A DNA stretch of 64,000 nt, from NCBI GenBank assembly GCA_034661055.1, contig JAYEKO010000015.1, forward strand, positions 1-64,000, written 5' to 3'. How positions within the stretch are numbered: position 1 is the first letter of the stretch; each line of letters opens with the position of its first letter. The notes beneath the pieces are model-generated. The model did not search any database. It was not told the origin of the DNA and saw nothing but the letters and a program-made list of their open reading frames with translations. Positions 19,355 through 29,526 of this stretch are shown here, piece by piece. Both the position numbers and the translations under genes were made by a program. Source of the stretch: Campylobacterota bacterium. Its GTDB lineage: Bacteria; Campylobacterota; Campylobacteria; Campylobacterales; Sulfurimonadaceae.

Positions 19355-22171
19355 ATGAGTAAAAAAAAGAAAAAACAGCTTAAGTTAAATCAACAGATAC
19401 GTCACTACTTTGATGGAGATGGGTTTGATGAGGGAATACAGAGAGTTCCCTCATCCACACTTAGTGAACTCTTTCATTTTATTGCCATCACTCCCAATGT
19501 TTATGAGCGAGACTATCTCATTAAAATGCTCAGGCGCATGTGGTCAGAATCAGACACCTATACACGCTCTAATATTGTCGATTTTTTTAAAGCTGATGGT
19601 ACTGTTTACACCTCTGTAAAAATTAAAGAACAGCCAACACTGCGAAGTGAGAAAATTGCCGAAATATTAGAAGAGATGGATACCTCCCGTGAGGAAGATG
19701 CTCTACTATTTAATGCCTTTATTGACATTAGAAGCAAAAAAATAAACCGTTACAAGATGGAGTCAAAGCTAGAACATATCCGGTATGATAAAAAACGAAC
19801 TCTCATTGAAAAAGCCGTTGAAGGAAAATTTAACTTAGATGATGGCCTTGAGTTTAACACCCTGCTTCATTACAATATTTTTAATAATAATTTTGAGAAG
19901 ATTGTCATCTTGTCAACACAACCATTCCCATTTTCTAAACTAAAAAATGAAGACACACAAACTCTTATTGCTCAACTTTTAAAAATCAAACAGGAGCTAA
20001 CAGAGTTAAAACAGAAAAGTTTAGATGAGTTTTTAAAGTCTCTCTCCTCTTCTCACTGCTATTTAAGTCAATCTGATATTCTTTATGCACTGAAAAAGAG
20101 CCCTCCTGAAGCAGATATACTTCTTCCAAAACTATCAGACACCACACTAGAGTCTATCTTTAAAAAAATCTCATCCATCGACTCTGTAAAACAGTTGAAG
20201 CATGATGTTGTTATGAGTGCAAACAGCACTGTTACTCTTCCGTTTTCATCTCAGTACATCCACTTTCATACGCAAATCTCAAAAAATAGAGACAAAATGC
20301 TTTATGCCATCTGGAATGAAGAGGAACTCAACTATTTTGAGGCCATACAAAAGGCTGAAAAAGCTGAGAGTGCCTCATTTTTTTTGGCACTTGATGCCTT
20401 AATACAGAAGTGTCAAAAGCAGGCAAATCTACTGCATCTAAGTCAAGAGGAGTTACATCATAAAATTTATGCTTTTTTACTACCTTTACTAAAAGAGACC
20501 ATTACAATTTCAACAAAAATTGAACGTATTGTCCTATTTGACTTTAACCACTCCATTCAAAAAGACCTTATCAAACGTCAGCGTCAAGAACTCCTTGCTC
20601 GAACCATTCGAGACTTTAAAAACCTATTCCCTCTTGCGCGTGAAATAAAACGACGTCTTATTTTACATGTAGGACCTACCAACAGCGGTAAGACTTACCA
20701 AGCGATGCAGACACTAAAGAGTGCTGAGACCGGTTACTATTTAGCTCCTTTACGACTTTTAGCACTTGAGGGATTTGAGAACTTAAAAGCTCAAGGTATT
20801 GATGCTTCTCTAATTACAGGAGAAGAGCAGATTTTAGATGAGGATGCTACTCATATTAGCTCCACTATTGAGATGCTTAATTTTGAGGTTGATGTAGATG
20901 TCTGTGTGATTGATGAAGTCCAGATGATTGGTGATAGAGATCGCGGTTGGGCTTGGGCTAATGCCATAATAGGTGCACCAGCATCCACTGTAATCATGAC
21001 TGGCTCAACTAATGCTACACTTGCAGTCACACAATTGGCTGAATATCTTAATGAGCCTTTAGAGATTGTAAACTTTGAGCGAATGAATCCACTGACACTC
21101 TTAAAAAGTGCTACTCCCATTGCTCAGATAAAACCTCAAAGTGCCGTTATTACCTTTTCAAGACGTGATGTTTTAAAACTTAAACAGCAGCTCTCAAAAC
21201 AGTACAGAGTAAGTGTTGTATATGGTAACTTAAGTCCTGAAGTACGACGTGAAGAAGCGCGGCGTTTTCGAGAAGGTGAGACGGAGGTTTTAGTAGCCAC
21301 CGATGCTATTGCCATGGGAATGAATCTGCCTATTGATACCATTTTATTTTATAAGGCTCAAAAGTTTGACGGGGTCAAAGATAGAGAGCTAAGTCCAAGT
21401 GAGATTCAGCAGATTTCTGGACGAGCAGGACGCTATGGCTTAAGTGAGGCAGGGAATGTCGGTGCACTCAAACCTGAAGTACTCAATATTATTCAGAAAA
21501 AATTTCATAAAGAAGCCACTAATATTGCCATCCCTTTTAATGTTATGGCATCATTAGAACATATTAAACTCGTAGGCTCTATTTTAGAAGAAAATTCACT
21601 CTTTGAGATTTTAAACTTTTTTGTGAAAAACATGCAGTTTAGTGGACCATTTAGGGCAGCAAACCTAGAGGGTATGGTTGAAGCTGCAAAGATTACAGAC
21701 CAATTTAATCTCAATCTTGCTGCTAAGTACCATCTTGCATGTGCTCCTTTGAACTTCAAATCTCCCTATATTGCTGCTGCATATGAGCGTTATATTAGAG
21801 CTATTGAGCAGGGAAGATCGGTCTCTTATGAAAAGCCAACTCTTTTTGGAGACTATGCACAAAGTAGTGATGAGTTGCTTCAGGCGGAAGATATGACCAA
21901 AGAGATATCACTCTACTTATGGCTTAGCTACCGATTTGCTGACCTTTTTATTGACAAAGAAAAAGCCATACACAGTCGAGGAGTTTTAAATCGTTTTATT
22001 GAAAACTCTTTGAAACAGAGCCACTTTAATCCTACATGTAAACAGTGTGGAAAAACATTAGCAGTTGATACACCCTATCCCATCTGTCAAAGCTGTTTTA
22101 GAAAGCTCAATCTACAAAAACGGGAACAAGATAGAAGAGAAGCTCCTAATAAACGACGCAGGCCTAGATAA
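19355..22171 (+). CDS. Suv3-like SF2 helicase with C-terminal CxxC...CxxC
   Basis: GPTNSGKT, PLRLLA, IDEVQM, RGWAW, ATDAIAMG, QISGRAGR. Confidence 0.9.
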   Translation: MSKKKKKQLKLNQQIRHYFDGDGFDEGIQRVPSSTLSELFHFIAITPNVYERDYLIKMLRRMWSESDTYTRSNIVDFFKADGTVYTSVKIKEQPTLRSEKIAEILEEMDTSREEDALLFNAFIDIRSKKINRYKMESKLEHIRYDKKRTLIEKAVEGKFNLDDGLEFNTLLHYNIFNNNFEKIVILSTQPFPFSKLKNEDTQTLIAQLLKIKQELTELKQKSLDEFLKSLSSSHCYLSQSDILYALKKSPPEADILLPKLSDTTLESIFKKISSIDSVKQLKHDVVMSANSTVTLPFSSQYIHFHTQISKNRDKMLYAIWNEEELNYFEAIQKAEKAESASFFLALDALIQKCQKQANLLHLSQEELHHKIYAFLLPLLKETITISTKIERIVLFDFNHSIQKDLIKRQRQELLARTIRDFKNLFPLAREIKRRLILHVGPTNSGKTYQAMQTLKSAETGYYLAPLRLLALEGFENLKAQGIDASLITGEEQILDEDATHISSTIEMLNFEVDVDVCVIDEVQMIGDRDRGWAWANAIIGAPASTVIMTGSTNATLAVTQLAEYLNEPLEIVNFERMNPLTLLKSATPIAQIKPQSAVITFSRRDVLKLKQQLSKQYRVSVVYGNLSPEVRREEARRFREGETEVLVATDAIAMGMNLPIDTILFYKAQKFDGVKDRELSPSEIQQISGRAGRYGLSEAGNVGALKPEVLNIIQKKFHKEATNIAIPFNVMASLEHIKLVGSILEENSLFEILNFFVKNMQFSGPFRAANLEGMVEAAKITDQFNLNLAAKYHLACAPLNFKSPYIAAAYERYIRAIEQGRSVSYEKPTLFGDYAQSSDELLQAEDMTKEISLYLWLSYRFADLFIDKEKAIHSRGVLNRFIENSLKQSHFNPTCKQCGKTLAVDTPYPICQSCFRKLNLQKREQDRREAPNKRRRPR

Positions 22172-22765
22172 CTAAAGCATATCACTGTAGTCATACTTTT
22201 CTAGATTTAAGTAGAGCTTCCCTTTTTTAAGAGTAATGCGACTATCTTTTTTAGCAGTCGCTTTAAATCTTTTCTTAATTTTTTCTCTTTTTTTCTCTTT
22301 ATAGGCTTTAAGCTTTAAAAAGTCCTTTAAAGAGACCAGCGACTCCTCTTTTTCAATAACTTCAGCTGTAACTGCATCTTCTATCATATTTTCAACATTC
22401 ATATTGGCTAAAAACTTAGTAGCAACCACTTGAAGTACATTTTTAAGCTGCTCATCACGCTCTTTATAGATTGTCTCTATCTTTTCTCGCTCTTCAATGA
22501 GCATCTTCTCACGTTGAACTCTAAGCCCTCGTGTCTCATCTTCAAGCTTATCCACCTTGTTCTTAAGACGTTCATTTTCCTTCTCAATGTATTCATAATA
22601 GCGACTATCACTCGTAGTTTTTACAGGTTTAGCTTCTATAGTAACAACATATTTAACACCATTTTCAATAACACAGTCAATACTACCTCGACGAATACGG
22701 TTATGAATCGCCTCTTTTGATACATTGAAATGTACCGCTGCTTCAGCCACTGTCATCTTACTCAT
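22172..22765 (-). CDS. HTH/coiled-coil DNA-binding protein
   Basis: MTVAEAAVHFNVSKEAIHNRIRRG HTH, long coiled coil, basic C-terminus. Confidence 0.75.
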   Translation of the reverse strand: MSKMTVAEAAVHFNVSKEAIHNRIRRGSIDCVIENGVKYVVTIEAKPVKTTSDSRYYEYIEKENERLKNKVDKLEDETRGLRVQREKMLIEEREKIETIYKERDEQLKNVLQVVATKFLANMNVENMIEDAVTAEVIEKEESLVSLKDFLKLKAYKEKKREKIKKRFKATAKKDSRITLKKGKLYLNLEKYDYSDML

Positions 22766-22775
22766 CTACTCTCCT

Positions 22776-23726
22776 CTACGTTTTCTGTAACATCTTAACA
22801 AAACTGTTGACTAACTCCATATCCAAGTGAGTGCTCATCTGTTTTTTCATTAACGAGAGCGCCTCAAAAGATGAGAAAGGGTCTTTATATGAACGCTTTG
22901 TTGTTAGAGCATCAAAAACATCACACACCCCAATAATTCGCGCAAAATTTGACAGATTATCGCCCTCAATTCCATCAGGATAACCATACCCATCTTGCTT
23001 CTCATGGTGATGTCTAATACCAGAAAGAATATCTCTATCTTCAATTCCAATCTTTTTAGCAATCTCATATCCCAAAGCGGAGTGATGTTTCATAGTAGCA
23101 AACTCATCTTCAGTAAGACTCCCGTTTTTATTAATAATTTCAGCGTCTATTTTACTTTTTCCAATATCATGTAAGAGTGCTGCAGTTCCCAAATTTTCAA
23201 GTTCTTGGCCACTAACTCCTAAGTATTTACCCAGACAGAGACTGTAAATACCCACATTAATAGAGTGGGTATGCGTATAGTAATCATGCGCTGTAATTTT
23301 CATCAATGATGTTAACGCTGTTGAGTCACTCAAAATGGTTTCAATAAAACCGCCAACAACCTCTTTTGATTTTTTTAAGTTCTCCAAGGACTCTGGATTT
23401 TCAAACATATCATCTAGTATTCTCGTTGCATTTTCATAGACAATAGTGACTTTTTCGTTAAGAGGAATATTACTACTTTTTGCAATACTCTGAAGATGCC
23501 CATTGACATACTCTTCATACTCTCTGTAGCTATCTTCTGTTATATAAAGCTTTTCAATCTCACGAAGCCGTACTTTATTATTACCATCAACCAAGCTATC
23601 ACTCTGTAAAAAAAGAGTCATGGCGTTCTTCTCTTTATTGGTTTCATACACTTCAAAGTTTACGGTATGACCCTCAGTCAAAAAACGCTTGTCTATTGAG
23701 ATGTATTTTTTCCGCTTGCTTTTCAT
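22776..23726 (-). CDS. HD-GYP c-di-GMP phosphodiesterase
   Basis: HDIGK, HHEKQDGYGYP, DVFDALT. Confidence 0.92.
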   Translation of the reverse strand: MKSKRKKYISIDKRFLTEGHTVNFEVYETNKEKNAMTLFLQSDSLVDGNNKVRLREIEKLYITEDSYREYEEYVNGHLQSIAKSSNIPLNEKVTIVYENATRILDDMFENPESLENLKKSKEVVGGFIETILSDSTALTSLMKITAHDYYTHTHSINVGIYSLCLGKYLGVSGQELENLGTAALLHDIGKSKIDAEIINKNGSLTEDEFATMKHHSALGYEIAKKIGIEDRDILSGIRHHHEKQDGYGYPDGIEGDNLSNFARIIGVCDVFDALTTKRSYKDPFSSFEALSLMKKQMSTHLDMELVNSFVKMLQKT

Positions 23727-23728
23727 AT

Positions 23729-24226
23729 CTATCTCATATTATCAAAGACAAGAGGAGCATCCCACTCCATTGCCTTAATAGCGCGCATCACTTTTTGAAG
23801 CTCATCAATCTGCTTACCCTTAACACGAATAGCATCACCCTCAATTTGAGCTGTCACCTTAAGTTTAAGCTTCTTAATTTCAGCAGCAATCTTTTTTGCC
23901 TCTTTTGCTTCAATGTAGTCAACCACTTTAAATGTTGCTTTTCTAGTATTGCCACTTGCATCCTCAACTCGAATCTCATCAAGAACATTTGATGAGAGCG
24001 TACGCTTTAGAAGTTTTGCAATAACAATATCTTTTAAAGCATCTAGTTTATTATCGCTTGATGCAACTAACACAAGTAATTTGTCATTTTCTCTGTAGTT
24101 TATTTCGTAAGGAGTTCCCTTGAAGTCATAGCGGTTTGACACCTCTTTTTCAACAAGGTTAATCGCATCTTTAAAAGACTGTTTATCAATTTTTGCGGAG
24201 ATATCAAGTGAGTGTTCTTTAGCCAT
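23729..24226 (-). CDS. yajQ: YajQ family cyclic-dinucleotide-binding protein
   Basis: SLDI...RYDFKG...QIEGDAIRV; start placed at MAKEH. Confidence 0.92.
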   Translation of the reverse strand: MAKEHSLDISAKIDKQSFKDAINLVEKEVSNRYDFKGTPYEINYRENDKLLVLVASSDNKLDALKDIVIAKLLKRTLSSNVLDEIRVEDASGNTRKATFKVVDYIEAKEAKKIAAEIKKLKLKVTAQIEGDAIRVKGKQIDELQKVMRAIKAMEWDAPLVFDNMR

Positions 24227-24270
24227 AGTTATACCTTTGTGAGTAAAGTATAACAAATGCTAACTTAAAT

Positions 24271-25014
24271 TTAAAAGGATGGGACTCCAAAATCAGGCAT
24301 TCCACCACTACTAAAACCGCCACCAAACCCTGAAGCAAAACTTGGATCCATGTAGCCCATAACACCACTTTTGCTTCGCAACATCACAATATCTTGCTTT
24401 GGAGCAATTCCAACTGGACAGACTGGAACACACTCGTTACACAGTGTGCAGTCCCAAATGCCATTGTTTTGGACCGTGGCAATTTTGTCATCCACTTCAT
24501 CTTCTCTAGCGTCACTCACATAGCGCCAGTTTCGCGTGAGTGCAAACGGACCAAGAAAATCACTATTCTTAGCATAGACTGGACAGGCACTGTAGCATGC
24601 AGCACATAAGATACACTCGCTTTGAAGCTCGTTTGCCTTCTCTTGCAGTGGTGTCACTTTTTTATCTTCAGAACTAACACTTCCATAGGCATGGGCAAGT
24701 GTATTAAATTTTAATGCACTCTGAGCATCAACTACCAAATCACGGATAACCTCCATGTTATTAAGAGGCTCTATGGTATCACCATCTTTCACTTTATAGG
24801 CGCAAGCAAGCACTTCAGTACCGTTGACACGCATGGCACAGCTACCACAGACACTAGAGCGACATCCTGATGCAAAAGAGAGTGTAGCATCGATTGTTGT
24901 TTTAATTGCTGTTAGTGCTTCTAGCAGGGTCTGCTGCTTATTCTCAATCTCATAAGCTACCATTTGAGCGCCGCTAGGAGCTACTGGACAATACCGTTTT
25001 ACATGTAATTTCAT
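24271..25014 (-). CDS. succinate dehydrogenase/fumarate reductase Fe-S subunit
   Basis: CRSSVCGSC..C, CILCAACYSACP, CTLCNECVPVCP. Confidence 0.92.
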   Translation of the reverse strand: MKLHVKRYCPVAPSGAQMVAYEIENKQQTLLEALTAIKTTIDATLSFASGCRSSVCGSCAMRVNGTEVLACAYKVKDGDTIEPLNNMEVIRDLVVDAQSALKFNTLAHAYGSVSSEDKKVTPLQEKANELQSECILCAACYSACPVYAKNSDFLGPFALTRNWRYVSDAREDEVDDKIATVQNNGIWDCTLCNECVPVCPVGIAPKQDIVMLRSKSGVMGYMDPSFASGFGGGFSSGGMPDFGVPSF

Positions 25015-26621
25015 ACTAGCACCCCTTTATCAAATTTTACATGTAATTTACCATGCTCTTTAAACACAATCGTATGTGTTGCAAAGTTCTCATCATTTCT
25101 CTGCTGTGCATCACTTCTAAAGTGTGCCCCTCGACTCTCTTTGCGCGCAAGGGCGCCCATTAAAATAATTTCCGACAACTCTATCATATTGGTAAACTCA
25201 ATAAATTCAACTATATTTGTGTTGTATGTTGTAGATTTATCTTTAGGTCCCATAAGAGGCAACTCTTTATGAATTTTATGCACCATTGCTAAGAGCTCTT
25301 GCATTCCTCTTTTGCTTCGCACCATTGCAGCATGTTCATAAAAACTGTCTCCCATTAAACGATGCTTCTCATAAAAGTCTATCTCATTAGTGTAATACTT
25401 TATCTCTTGAATCGCATTCTTATCTTGCTGAAGCTGTTGTGAGTTTATTGCGACGGTGCAATCTTTAGCATACTGGGCTGCATTCATACCTGCTTGATGA
25501 CCAAAAACAACGAGTTCTAAAAGAGAGTTACCCCCTAAGCGATTTGCTCCATGAACATTATGATTAGCACATTCACCACAGGCATAAAGTCCTGCTACAG
25601 AGGTTTGAGAAGTTGAATCAACTTCAATACCACCCATGCTGTAATGAGCGGCTGGCTTGATTGGAACAAGATCATAAACAGGATCAACACCTTCATAAAG
25701 CTTGGCAAGTTTACGCTCTTGAGGAAGTTGCTCATTTATAAAAGCTTCTCCTAGATGGCGAATATCTATATAGACCTCACCACTTTTTTCAATCTCCGCT
25801 AAGATCTCACGCGCAACAACATCGCGCGGAGCCAACTCATCTGTAAAACGCTTATACTCCGCATTCAATAGATATCCGCCTGCTCCTCGTGCGCTTTCAG
25901 AAATTAAAACAGCAGATTTTTTTAAAGCGGTAGGATGAAACTGGATAAACTCCATATCGCTCAGCCGTGCTCCTGCGCGAATTGCTGCAGCAATACCATC
26001 ACCTGTTGAGCCTGCGGCATTGGTTGAGTGATCGTGATAGATACGGCTATATCCTCCTGTAGCTAAAATAACTGATTTAGCCAGATGCTCTTCTACTTCA
26101 CCAGTTCTAAGGTTAAGTGCAGTAACACCATTTACCACTGTGTTATCTGTCATAACGTTGAGTAAAAACCGCTCATTTAAAAACGTTATTCCTACTCGAT
26201 TACATTGATCATAGAGGGTGTGCAGCATCTTAAGGCCTGTATAGTCTTGTGCATAGCACGCTCTTGCATGTGTAGCTCCACCCAAGCGCCGCTGTGCAAT
26301 CTCCGAATTCTCATCACGACTAAACGGTACGCCAATACGATCTAGCCAAGAGAGTGCTTTGGGTGCTTCTTCACACATTAGCTCAATAGCTTTTTCACAT
26401 CCTAAACCTTGTGCCGACTTAATGGTGTCATGAATGTGTGATGCTACTGAGTCCTCATCTGCATGTGAAAGTGCAGCATTGACGCCACCTTGCGCCATAC
26501 ATGTCTGCGAACGTGTTGGGTACCCTTTACACAAGACCTGAACACTTGCACCATGCTCTTTTGCTTTTAACGCAGCACTCAGTGCGGCACCACCAGCACC
26601 AATAATTAATACATCAATCAT
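25011..26621 (-). CDS. succinate dehydrogenase/fumarate reductase flavoprotein subunit
   Basis: GAGGA, AQGG, QFHPT, ELAPRD, HYSMGG, HGANRLGGNSL, ESRGAH. Confidence 0.92.
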   Translation of the reverse strand: MIDVLIIGAGGAALSAALKAKEHGASVQVLCKGYPTRSQTCMAQGGVNAALSHADEDSVASHIHDTIKSAQGLGCEKAIELMCEEAPKALSWLDRIGVPFSRDENSEIAQRRLGGATHARACYAQDYTGLKMLHTLYDQCNRVGITFLNERFLLNVMTDNTVVNGVTALNLRTGEVEEHLAKSVILATGGYSRIYHDHSTNAAGSTGDGIAAAIRAGARLSDMEFIQFHPTALKKSAVLISESARGAGGYLLNAEYKRFTDELAPRDVVAREILAEIEKSGEVYIDIRHLGEAFINEQLPQERKLAKLYEGVDPVYDLVPIKPAAHYSMGGIEVDSTSQTSVAGLYACGECANHNVHGANRLGGNSLLELVVFGHQAGMNAAQYAKDCTVAINSQQLQQDKNAIQEIKYYTNEIDFYEKHRLMGDSFYEHAAMVRSKRGMQELLAMVHKIHKELPLMGPKDKSTTYNTNIVEFIEFTNMIELSEIILMGALARKESRGAHFRSDAQQRNDENFATHTIVFKEHGKLHVKFDKGVLV

Positions 26622-26633
26622 CTATGTTCCTAC

Positions 26634-28217
26634 TTATACATCTTCAAATTTTACCAATACAGTTCCAGCAAATTTATCTTTTTTGTAAAACTCTACACGA
26701 TATATCTGTGCATCTTTATCTACTGAATACCGCTTCATAATCTTATCTTTAGTAATTTTCATATCTGTCTCTTTTTTTGAACTATTGGAATAGCCAATGA
26801 CATTGACACGATATACCTCATGATTATGAATCAAAAACTCTTTTTTCACCTTAACAATGTCACCAAACATAACTTTCATATCTCTATTGTCAACTTCAAA
26901 ATGAACATTCGTATCATCTCTAGCATAATCTATATAGTCTGCTTGTAAATGAGTCAGACGCCTATTGCCATAGTAGACCGTATAAGTGTTCTTATTTTTA
27001 ATGATTTTAAGCAGTGGATTACTCGGAACATATTTAATGCTTCCATCTTTACTAACAGGAAAATATCTCAAAATATTTCTAATATTACTAAGGGGCAGGC
27101 TAATGCTGTTACCCTCTATGGAGAGATAGATATTGTTATCTAACACCTCTTTAACCGCCTTAGGATTGAGTTCAAACTTACGCTCAAACTCAATTCCCAT
27201 CACATCCATATATTTCTCTAAAGCAAGAAGGTGATAGTAAGCACGCTCATGTGTAGGCAAGTTCTTGCTTGCCTCATTTCCAAACGCTGCCTTGCCTCTG
27301 TTGATGGCAAAATAAGTTAAGGTCTTTGCCATCTCTTTGTTACCATCGGAGGTTCTTGTGTTATTGTAGGAGTAGCGATCTTCCTCTCGAATTAGATTAG
27401 CATTAACATGGGCCACTACTTTAGAAGAGATCTCTTTTAAATCGCCATAACGCTCACAGTCTAAACGTTCCTGATCGACAATAGAGCATTGTCCCCATCT
27501 ATGAGGTGAGTGCTCTTTATCAATATATTTATCTCTGTAATACCCGCTACCATCATGTAAGTTGACAATAAGTTTGACCTTATCATCTTCAATATAACTC
27601 TTAATTTTACTGATAGCTTCAAAATCAGGATCACTCTCTTTTAACTCTGCAAACTTACGATTCATATCTCCAAAAGGACCTCGTGAGCGTTTAATAATAC
27701 TATAAAAGTTAAGATTAGGAATAACCCAGAGAGACCCTTTGGTAATTTTATATTGTGTTGCTATGAGTGATGCTGCCATAAAACCACCAGGCTCATCACC
27801 TTGAATACCACCAACAATAAAAAGTGTGTTATTGTCACTAACACCCTTTTGTATTAGATCAAATCCAAAATTTTTATGGTCTCTCTTGTTGCTCGTAGTG
27901 CTCATTCTCACAATAGGAGGCACTTTAACTTTTTGAGGCTCTACAGGAGTCTCTTTTACAACCTTAACGGGAGCTACTTTAAGCTTTTTTTTCTCATGGA
28001 GTTCCTCTTTAATATGCGTAACAGGTTTAGCTATAACAGTACTATTTACCTCTTTAACTGTTTTGACAACAACTATTGATTTTTTACCACTTTGCTGCTC
28101 TTGAGCAATCAATTCGGGCTCAGCTTTATTGCCGTTTTGATATACCGTACATCCAGATACTATTAGCAGAACAAATGGTATTAAAAACTTATAGTATTTT
28201 GACATGCCAAGGTTCAT
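26634..28217 (-). CDS. M14/M99-like peptidoglycan carboxypeptidase (Csd4/Pgp1-like), lipoprotein
   Basis: GGIQGDEPGG, DMNRKF, LHDGSG; lipobox VSGC; start uncertain (28229/28217/28205). Confidence 0.85.
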   Translation of the reverse strand: MNLGMSKYYKFLIPFVLLIVSGCTVYQNGNKAEPELIAQEQQSGKKSIVVVKTVKEVNSTVIAKPVTHIKEELHEKKKLKVAPVKVVKETPVEPQKVKVPPIVRMSTTSNKRDHKNFGFDLIQKGVSDNNTLFIVGGIQGDEPGGFMAASLIATQYKITKGSLWVIPNLNFYSIIKRSRGPFGDMNRKFAELKESDPDFEAISKIKSYIEDDKVKLIVNLHDGSGYYRDKYIDKEHSPHRWGQCSIVDQERLDCERYGDLKEISSKVVAHVNANLIREEDRYSYNNTRTSDGNKEMAKTLTYFAINRGKAAFGNEASKNLPTHERAYYHLLALEKYMDVMGIEFERKFELNPKAVKEVLDNNIYLSIEGNSISLPLSNIRNILRYFPVSKDGSIKYVPSNPLLKIIKNKNTYTVYYGNRRLTHLQADYIDYARDDTNVHFEVDNRDMKVMFGDIVKVKKEFLIHNHEVYRVNVIGYSNSSKKETDMKITKDKIMKRYSVDKDAQIYRVEFYKKDKFAGTVLVKFEDV

Positions 28218-28935
28218 ACCGGACTCCATCTCTATTATTTATTGTATATCTCATATCAATATAGTTTAATTTTCGCAGCGCCCTAAACTCTCTAGTTCGT
28301 GCAAAATGGGCTGTAAAATTTTTATGCCCCCAGCCACGTTTTCCTACATCAAAATCACATTTACTGTGGTATGAATATGCAGGTGGTGCAAGAGAACAAG
28401 ATGCTTGAGTTATATTACCTCTACAGCTATAGACCTTGTCCATATAGAGGCTCATCTGCTTAACAACACTGCGAACCCCTGATGTCAAAATAATCTCACT
28501 ACCAATATCTTTTTTAAGCTGGAGATAGTCCTCTAACGGTTTTGCTTTAAACAGATAGTGCCCGGTATAAGGTATTTTTTTAACATCTTTACGTGATATT
28601 TTTTGAGTTAAACTACTACAGATACGTTCTCCATAAAAGCCATACTGCTTAGGGTCTTCATAAAATATTTTTTCAATAAATGAGAACTCCTCTTTAGTAA
28701 AAGCACCAATCACAGAGTAGTTACGTGCATAAAGTAGCGCCTGATCAAATGAGATAATATTAAAATTTCCAAAACCAACAAATTTTTTAATACGTCGTAA
28801 TCTATTACGTACGCTGACAAAAATCTGCCACTCTTTTTGTGTAACATATATATCTTCTGCAGCCAGCAACTCACTTGCAAACATAGGAGACAGTACTGCT
28901 GTAGTCATAAAAGTTCTTCTATTCATAAGTAGCAT
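28189..28935 (-). CDS. M15 (VanY-like) D-Ala-D-Ala carboxypeptidase with Tat-like signal
   Basis: NRRTF; SGVRS, APPAYSYH..D, EPWH. Confidence 0.85.
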   Translation of the reverse strand: MLLMNRRTFMTTAVLSPMFASELLAAEDIYVTQKEWQIFVSVRNRLRRIKKFVGFGNFNIISFDQALLYARNYSVIGAFTKEEFSFIEKIFYEDPKQYGFYGERICSSLTQKISRKDVKKIPYTGHYLFKAKPLEDYLQLKKDIGSEIILTSGVRSVVKQMSLYMDKVYSCRGNITQASCSLAPPAYSYHSKCDFDVGKRGWGHKNFTAHFARTREFRALRKLNYIDMRYTINNRDGVRYEPWHVKIL

Positions 28936-28989
28936 TTTACCAAAAAAAGATTAGACTTTCACATATAAGCACATCCAAAAAGGATTATA

Positions 28990-29526
28990 ATGACAACCGA
29001 AGGCGACTATACTCAAGAGATTGCATCACATCTTATGAATCCAAAAAACTATGGCGAACTTCTTAACGCTAACGGTGTTGGTGTTGGTGTCGATAATGCA
29101 ACTAAAGCTTATGTCATTATGTATATTAACCATGATGATGAGACCATAACGGATGTTATGTATGCTACTAGTGGATCACAAAACACTATTGCGTTAGGCT
29201 CAATGTTATGTGAAATGATTGAAGGTGACACTATTGCTAATGTTCTTCTAGCTGTTAAAGGGCTTGAAAAAGATGTTCAAGATGCCTACGCAGCAGTCGA
29301 AGCACCTGAGATTGATATGAGCAAACCTGAAGGCGAACGTGTAAAACAAGTCTCCACTGAACAGCAAGACAGTGCTAACATGGTACTAACCGCCTTTCGT
29401 GCTGCGATGCGTCACATTGAACGTAAAAAAGAGGGAATAGACGAAGAGCAGTTCTCTATGAGTATTGCCAAAATGTGTCCTTATTCTAACACCGATTGTG
29501 AGTTTGTAGTTAAAGAGAATACATAA
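28990..29526 (+). CDS. IscU/NifU-N-like fold protein lacking the canonical cysteines
   Basis: Y...I..H.MNPKNYG N-terminus typical of IscU; cluster-binding Cys positions substituted. Confidence 0.7.
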   Translation: MTTEGDYTQEIASHLMNPKNYGELLNANGVGVGVDNATKAYVIMYINHDDETITDVMYATSGSQNTIALGSMLCEMIEGDTIANVLLAVKGLEKDVQDAYAAVEAPEIDMSKPEGERVKQVSTEQQDSANMVLTAFRAAMRHIERKKEGIDEEQFSMSIAKMCPYSNTDCEFVVKENT

